From Actinomycetota bacterium (GTDB lineage Bacteria > Actinomycetota > Thermoleophilia > Solirubrobacterales > JACPNS01), in contig JACRKX010000024.1 in assembly GCA_016219715.1 (NCBI GenBank), positions 141 to 64,140 of the forward strand: a DNA stretch of 64,000 nt, in the 5' to 3' direction. Each line of letters opens with the position of its first letter. Positions within the stretch are counted from its first letter, which is position 1. Position numbers and translations under genes: made by a program. Positions 59,970 through 64,000 of this stretch are shown here, piece after piece. A model generated the notes under the pieces. The model worked only from the letters and a program-made list of their open reading frames with translations, made no database searches and had not been told where the DNA came from.

Positions 59970-62255
59970 TTGATGGGAATACTTCAGACCGAAGACGTGC
60001 CTGACCTGTCTGCCGGGCTAGCTAACAGCGGCGAACTGGCGGTTGAAGAGCGCGATCTTCCGGCCGATATCGCCCCGGCAGACGCCCTGGTCGAACTGGC
60101 GCCCTGCGATGCCGATGCCGTCGAACTACTGGGCTCCCGGCTCGATCTCGACCCGTTAGTCGCCCAAACGCTCGTGCGTCGCGGCTTCGACTCACTCGAA
60201 GCGGCCGAACGGTTTCTCTCTGGCGGCGAGATTCGCGAAGCTGCCCAGTTGCCCGGCGCACGCGAGGCGGCATTCGCGATCGCCGCGCACGTACGCGCCG
60301 GGTCGCGCATTGCCGTGCACGGCGACTACGACGTGGACGGTGTGTGCTCGACCGCGATCCTTGTCCGCACGCTGGCGCGGCTTGGCGCCGAGGTCACCTG
60401 GCACGTTCCTAGCCGTTTCGGCGATGGCTACGGACTCTCGCGCGCGGCGGTCGACAAGCTTGCCGACGATGACGCTTCGTTGATCGTCGCCGTCGACTGC
60501 GGAATCACCGCCGTCGAGGAGGTCGCGCACGCACGCGCGAGCGGGGTAGACGTCGTCATCTGCGACCACCACGCCCCCGGCGAGGCACTGCCCGACGCAC
60601 CAATCGTGCACCCAGGGCTTGCCGACTACCCCTGTCCGGCGCTGTGCGCGGCGGCCGTGGTCTACAAGCTTGCCGAGCTGCTGGCAGTCGAGCTCGGCCA
60701 GCCGGCCACGTTCGTCGACAGCGAGCTTGAACTCGCGGCCCTAGCCACCGTCTGCGACGTCGTGCCCCTTGTCGACGAGAATCGCGCGATCGTGCGAGCC
60801 GGCCTGACGGCGATGCGCACGACGCAACGCCCCGGCCTGCGCGAGCTGATGCGGGTGGCAGACGTCGATCCGCTGCGACTCGACGCGTCATCATTCGGAT
60901 TCCGGCTCGGCCCGCGCATCAACGCGGCGGGCCGCATGTTCTCAGCCGAGCCGGCCGTAGAACTGCTGCTCACATCCGACGAGCGTCGCGCGGTCGAGCT
61001 GGCCAACGACCTGAACGGCGCAAACGCGCGGCGCAAAGACGTCGAGCAGACGGTGCTCTTCCAGGCCGAGACGCAGGCCCGTCGCCAGCGCGACCACTTC
61101 GCGATCGTCGTCAGCGGCGAAGACTGGCACCCCGGGGTCCTTGGCATAGTCGCCGGCCGCATCGCCGAGCAATACCGCAGGCCCTGCGTAGCTCTTTCGG
61201 TCGATGGTGGTGTGGCCGCCGGCTCTGGGCGGGGCGGCGGTGTCTACGACCTGCTGGCCGGTCTGACAGCCTGCAAGGACCATCTAATCCGCTTCGGCGG
61301 CCACAAGGCCGCCGCCGGGCTCGAACTCGACGAGTCGGCCCTGTCTGCTTTCACGCGTGACTTCCAGGCGCACGCAGAGTCGGTACTCACGCCTGACGAT
61401 CTACGGCCGCGTGTGCGCGCCGACGCCTTGGCAACGCCTTCACAGCTCACGCTGCCGGCCGCGGAGGCGTTGCTTCAGCTCGGCCCGTTCGGCAATTCGA
61501 ACCCCGAGCCGGCGCTGATGGTGCCGGGCGTAACGGTCGTTCACCTGCGCAAGATGGGGGCAAGCGGTCGCCACTTCAAACTCAGTGTCGCCGGTCGGGG
61601 TGGTCGCGCCGGGGTGGTCGCCTTCAGCTGGCAGCAGGCGATCGCTCACGGCGACGATGCGCCGGTCTCGAACATCGTCGTGAAGTTGCGCCCCAACGAG
61701 TTTCGCGGGGTGGTAGAGGGCCAGTCACAGTTGATCGCACACGCCGAGCTGCCTACGGCAACCGGTCAGACCGCCTTAGACGGCTGGCACGACGCCTTTC
61801 AGGCCGCCTTCGCCAGCGAGCCGCCGCACATCGCCGAAGGCGGCACATTCGCACTGCACGCCGTGCGCGAGCGCGCAATCGAGCGTTCACACGTCGTCGC
61901 GGCCTACCGTACGATCGGCGACGCCGGCGATGGCCCGCTCTCAGAACTGGGTATTCGTCTCGCCGAGGCGCTTCCCAATGGCGTCCAGGCCGGTCTCGCG
62001 GTGCGCGTATTGCACGAGCTCGGGCTCGTTGGGGTCGAGCGAAACAACGAATCTGTCGAATCATTGAAAGTGGCCGACGCCGAACGAACCGAGCTTGAGC
62101 GTTCGGCGACATTCCGCTCCTATAGTGAGATCAAGGACCAATCGCAGCTATGGCTCGCCCAATCGACACCCACACCGGCAACACCCGCTCCGGCAGCACC
62201 CGCGCCGGCAACGCCCGCGGCGCCGGCGGGCACAGCGCCCCTCGCGCTGACGTAG
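59970..62255 (+). CDS. recJ: Single-stranded-DNA exonuclease RecJ
   Basis: GDYDVDG, R..DGYG, VDCG, DHH, GPRINAAGR, GGH..AAG, PFG..NPEP. Confidence 0.96.
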   Translation: MMGILQTEDVPDLSAGLANSGELAVEERDLPADIAPADALVELAPCDADAVELLGSRLDLDPLVAQTLVRRGFDSLEAAERFLSGGEIREAAQLPGAREAAFAIAAHVRAGSRIAVHGDYDVDGVCSTAILVRTLARLGAEVTWHVPSRFGDGYGLSRAAVDKLADDDASLIVAVDCGITAVEEVAHARASGVDVVICDHHAPGEALPDAPIVHPGLADYPCPALCAAAVVYKLAELLAVELGQPATFVDSELELAALATVCDVVPLVDENRAIVRAGLTAMRTTQRPGLRELMRVADVDPLRLDASSFGFRLGPRINAAGRMFSAEPAVELLLTSDERRAVELANDLNGANARRKDVEQTVLFQAETQARRQRDHFAIVVSGEDWHPGVLGIVAGRIAEQYRRPCVALSVDGGVAAGSGRGGGVYDLLAGLTACKDHLIRFGGHKAAAGLELDESALSAFTRDFQAHAESVLTPDDLRPRVRADALATPSQLTLPAAEALLQLGPFGNSNPEPALMVPGVTVVHLRKMGASGRHFKLSVAGRGGRAGVVAFSWQQAIAHGDDAPVSNIVVKLRPNEFRGVVEGQSQLIAHAELPTATGQTALDGWHDAFQAAFASEPPHIAEGGTFALHAVRERAIERSHVVAAYRTIGDAGDGPLSELGIRLAEALPNGVQAGLAVRVLHELGLVGVERNNESVESLKVADAERTELERSATFRSYSEIKDQSQLWLAQSTPTPATPAPAAPAPATPAAPAGTAPLALT

Positions 62256-64000
62256 CGCCAGACACACGCGCGCGCTTCGACGAGCTGCTCGCGGTCATCG
62301 AGGAGCACGCCGGCGAGACGATCGCGCCGATCGAGATCGACCGCGTCCGCGAGGCCTTCGAGTTTGCGGCCGGCCGTCACGGCAAGCAGGTCCGCCGCAC
62401 GGGCGAAGACTTCGTCGTGCACCCCGTTGAGGTGGCGAAGATCTGCGTCGGCATGCGCCTCGACACCGAGACGCTGTGCGCCGCCCTGCTGCACGACACA
62501 GTCGAAGACACATCGACCACGCTCGACGAGATCCGCGACCACTTCGGCGAAGAGACGGCCGTACTGGTCGATGGCGTGACCAAGCTGACTGGCATCACCT
62601 TTCAGAGCCGCGACGAGGCTCAGGCCGAGAACTACCGCAAGATGATCGTCGCGATGGCCCAGGACATCCGGGTCATCCTGATCAAGCTTGCCGACCGTCT
62701 GCACAACATGCGCACGATCGGCGCGATGCCCAAGCAGAAGCAGATCGAGAAGTCACGCGAAACGCTCGACATCTTCGCCCCGCTGGCCCACCGCCTCGGT
62801 ATCCACGCGATCAAGTGGGAGCTTGAAGACCTTGCCTTCGCCACGCTGCACCCGCGCAAGTACGCCGAGATCAAGGCGCTCGTCAGCCAGCAGCGCGACG
62901 ACCGCGAGCACTACGTCAACGAAGCCGGCGAGTATCTCGCCGCTCAGCTCGCCGAGAGCGGGATCACCTCGATGATCACCGGTCGCGCCAAGCACTTCTA
63001 CTCGATCTACGTGAAGATGACCAAGAAGGGCCGCGAGTTCAACGAGATCTTCGACCTCACCGCGATGCGCGTGATTGTCGAGAGCGTGAAGGACTGCTAC
63101 GGCGCGGTCGGCATCGTCCACAGCATCTGGAAGCCGCTGCCCGGGCGCTTCAAGGACTTCATCGCAATGCCCAAGACCAACATGTACCAGGCCCTGCACA
63201 CCACCGTGATCGGGCCCGAGGGCCGTCCGCTCGAAATTCAGATTCGCACGCGCGAGATGCACGACATCGCCGAATACGGCGTTGCCGCTCACTGGGCATA
63301 CAAGCAGCGCGGTTACGAAGAGCAGGGCGCGCCGCGCGGCGTGATCGCCGGCAACATGGACTGGGTGCAGCGCCTCGTCGGCGACCCGACGGCCGAAGAC
63401 GGCGGCAGCGAAGAGATCAACGGCAAGATCGTGCCGCTGCACTACAAGCTCAAGAGCGGTGACATCGTCGAGATTCTCACCTCCAAGCACGAGCGCGGCC
63501 CGTCGCGCGACTGGCTCGGTCTGGTCAAGACGACCCGTGCCCGCAACAAGATCCGCGCGTTCATCAAGCGCGAGCAACGCGAGGGCAGCGAGCACCGTGG
63601 TCGCGACCTGCTGCAGGAGGGTCTGCGCAAGAAGGGCCTGCCGTCACAGAAGATCACCGGCTCCGAGATGCTCGCCGAGGTGATGCGCGAGGTCGGCTTC
63701 CGCAAGACCGAGGAGTTCTACATCGCGATCGGCCAGGGCAAGATCAAGGCCGAGATGGTCGTCGACAAGGTGATGAACCGCCTCGCCGCCGGCGAGTCGG
63801 CCGTCGTCGAAGAGACGCTGCCCGAGAAGCGCGACCACATGCGCCGCCGCTCGGTCGCCTCGTCGGGCTCGTTCGGCATCACCGTCGACGGAGCCACCGA
63901 CGTGATGGTGCGCATGGCGAAATGCTGCCTGCCGGTCGCCGGCGATCCCATTGTCGGATATGTATCGCTGGGCAGGGGCATCACCGTCCATCGCAAGGAC
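62150..64000 (+). CDS. rel: Bifunctional (p)ppGpp synthetase/hydrolase Rel, running off the window; apparent in-frame TGS deletion
   Basis: Absent from the ORF track (no stop in the window); frame from ATG 62150 gives AALLHDTVED, KLADRLHNMRT, GRAKHFYSIY.KM, YQALHT, EIQIRT, AKCC.P..GD.I.GY. Confidence 0.95.
   Translation, partial: MARPIDTHTGNTRSGSTRAGNARGAGGHSAPRADVAPDTRARFDELLAVIEEHAGETIAPIEIDRVREAFEFAAGRHGKQVRRTGEDFVVHPVEVAKICVGMRLDTETLCAALLHDTVEDTSTTLDEIRDHFGEETAVLVDGVTKLTGITFQSRDEAQAENYRKMIVAMAQDIRVILIKLADRLHNMRTIGAMPKQKQIEKSRETLDIFAPLAHRLGIHAIKWELEDLAFATLHPRKYAEIKALVSQQRDDREHYVNEAGEYLAAQLAESGITSMITGRAKHFYSIYVKMTKKGREFNEIFDLTAMRVIVESVKDCYGAVGIVHSIWKPLPGRFKDFIAMPKTNMYQALHTTVIGPEGRPLEIQIRTREMHDIAEYGVAAHWAYKQRGYEEQGAPRGVIAGNMDWVQRLVGDPTAEDGGSEEINGKIVPLHYKLKSGDIVEILTSKHERGPSRDWLGLVKTTRARNKIRAFIKREQREGSEHRGRDLLQEGLRKKGLPSQKITGSEMLAEVMREVGFRKTEEFYIAIGQGKIKAEMVVDKVMNRLAAGESAVVEETLPEKRDHMRRRSVASSGSFGITVDGATDVMVRMAKCCLPVAGDPIVGYVSLGRGITVHRKD
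62173..62217. repeat. Three imperfect 15-bp tandem repeats in the recJ/rel overlap
   Basis: CACCGGCAACACCCG / CTCCGGCAGCACCCG / CGCCGGCAACGCCCG. Confidence 0.8.

Overview
High-GC bacterial chromosomal window. Gene content and order (pepQ-efp-nusB...ispA-dxs-tlyA-nadK-recN-steA-steB-pyrG-xerD; recO-dgt-dnaG-sigma; ruvCAB-secDF-recJ-rel; F420-type LLM oxidoreductase) point to a deep-branching actinobacterium, probably Thermoleophilia/Solirubrobacterales (inference). It is mostly core genome, with two tRNAs (Asn-GTT, Ile2-CAT) and no CRISPR array, transposase or prophage. Best candidate for an undescribed system: a metal (probably iron) uptake module. An identical 16-bp DtxR/IdeR-type palindrome (TTAGGCAACCCTAACT) precedes both a His-rich polytopic membrane protein of the 'FedB/fenitrothion hydrolase-like' family and a His/Glu-motif lipoprotein, and a variant box precedes ferritin. 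A paralogue of the membrane protein sits in a second cassette with a cupredoxin-like protein and a His-bearing micropeptide. Other signals: a candidate sRNA and a dispersed palindrome-doublet element in the dxs-tlyA gap (second copy at ~50.2 kb), LexA boxes before recN and ruvC, an orphan type II DMSO-reductase-family alpha subunit, an atypical TypA, and apparent internal deletions in secDF and rel (real or assembly artefacts). No database searches were run; family calls come from motif recognition and gene order.
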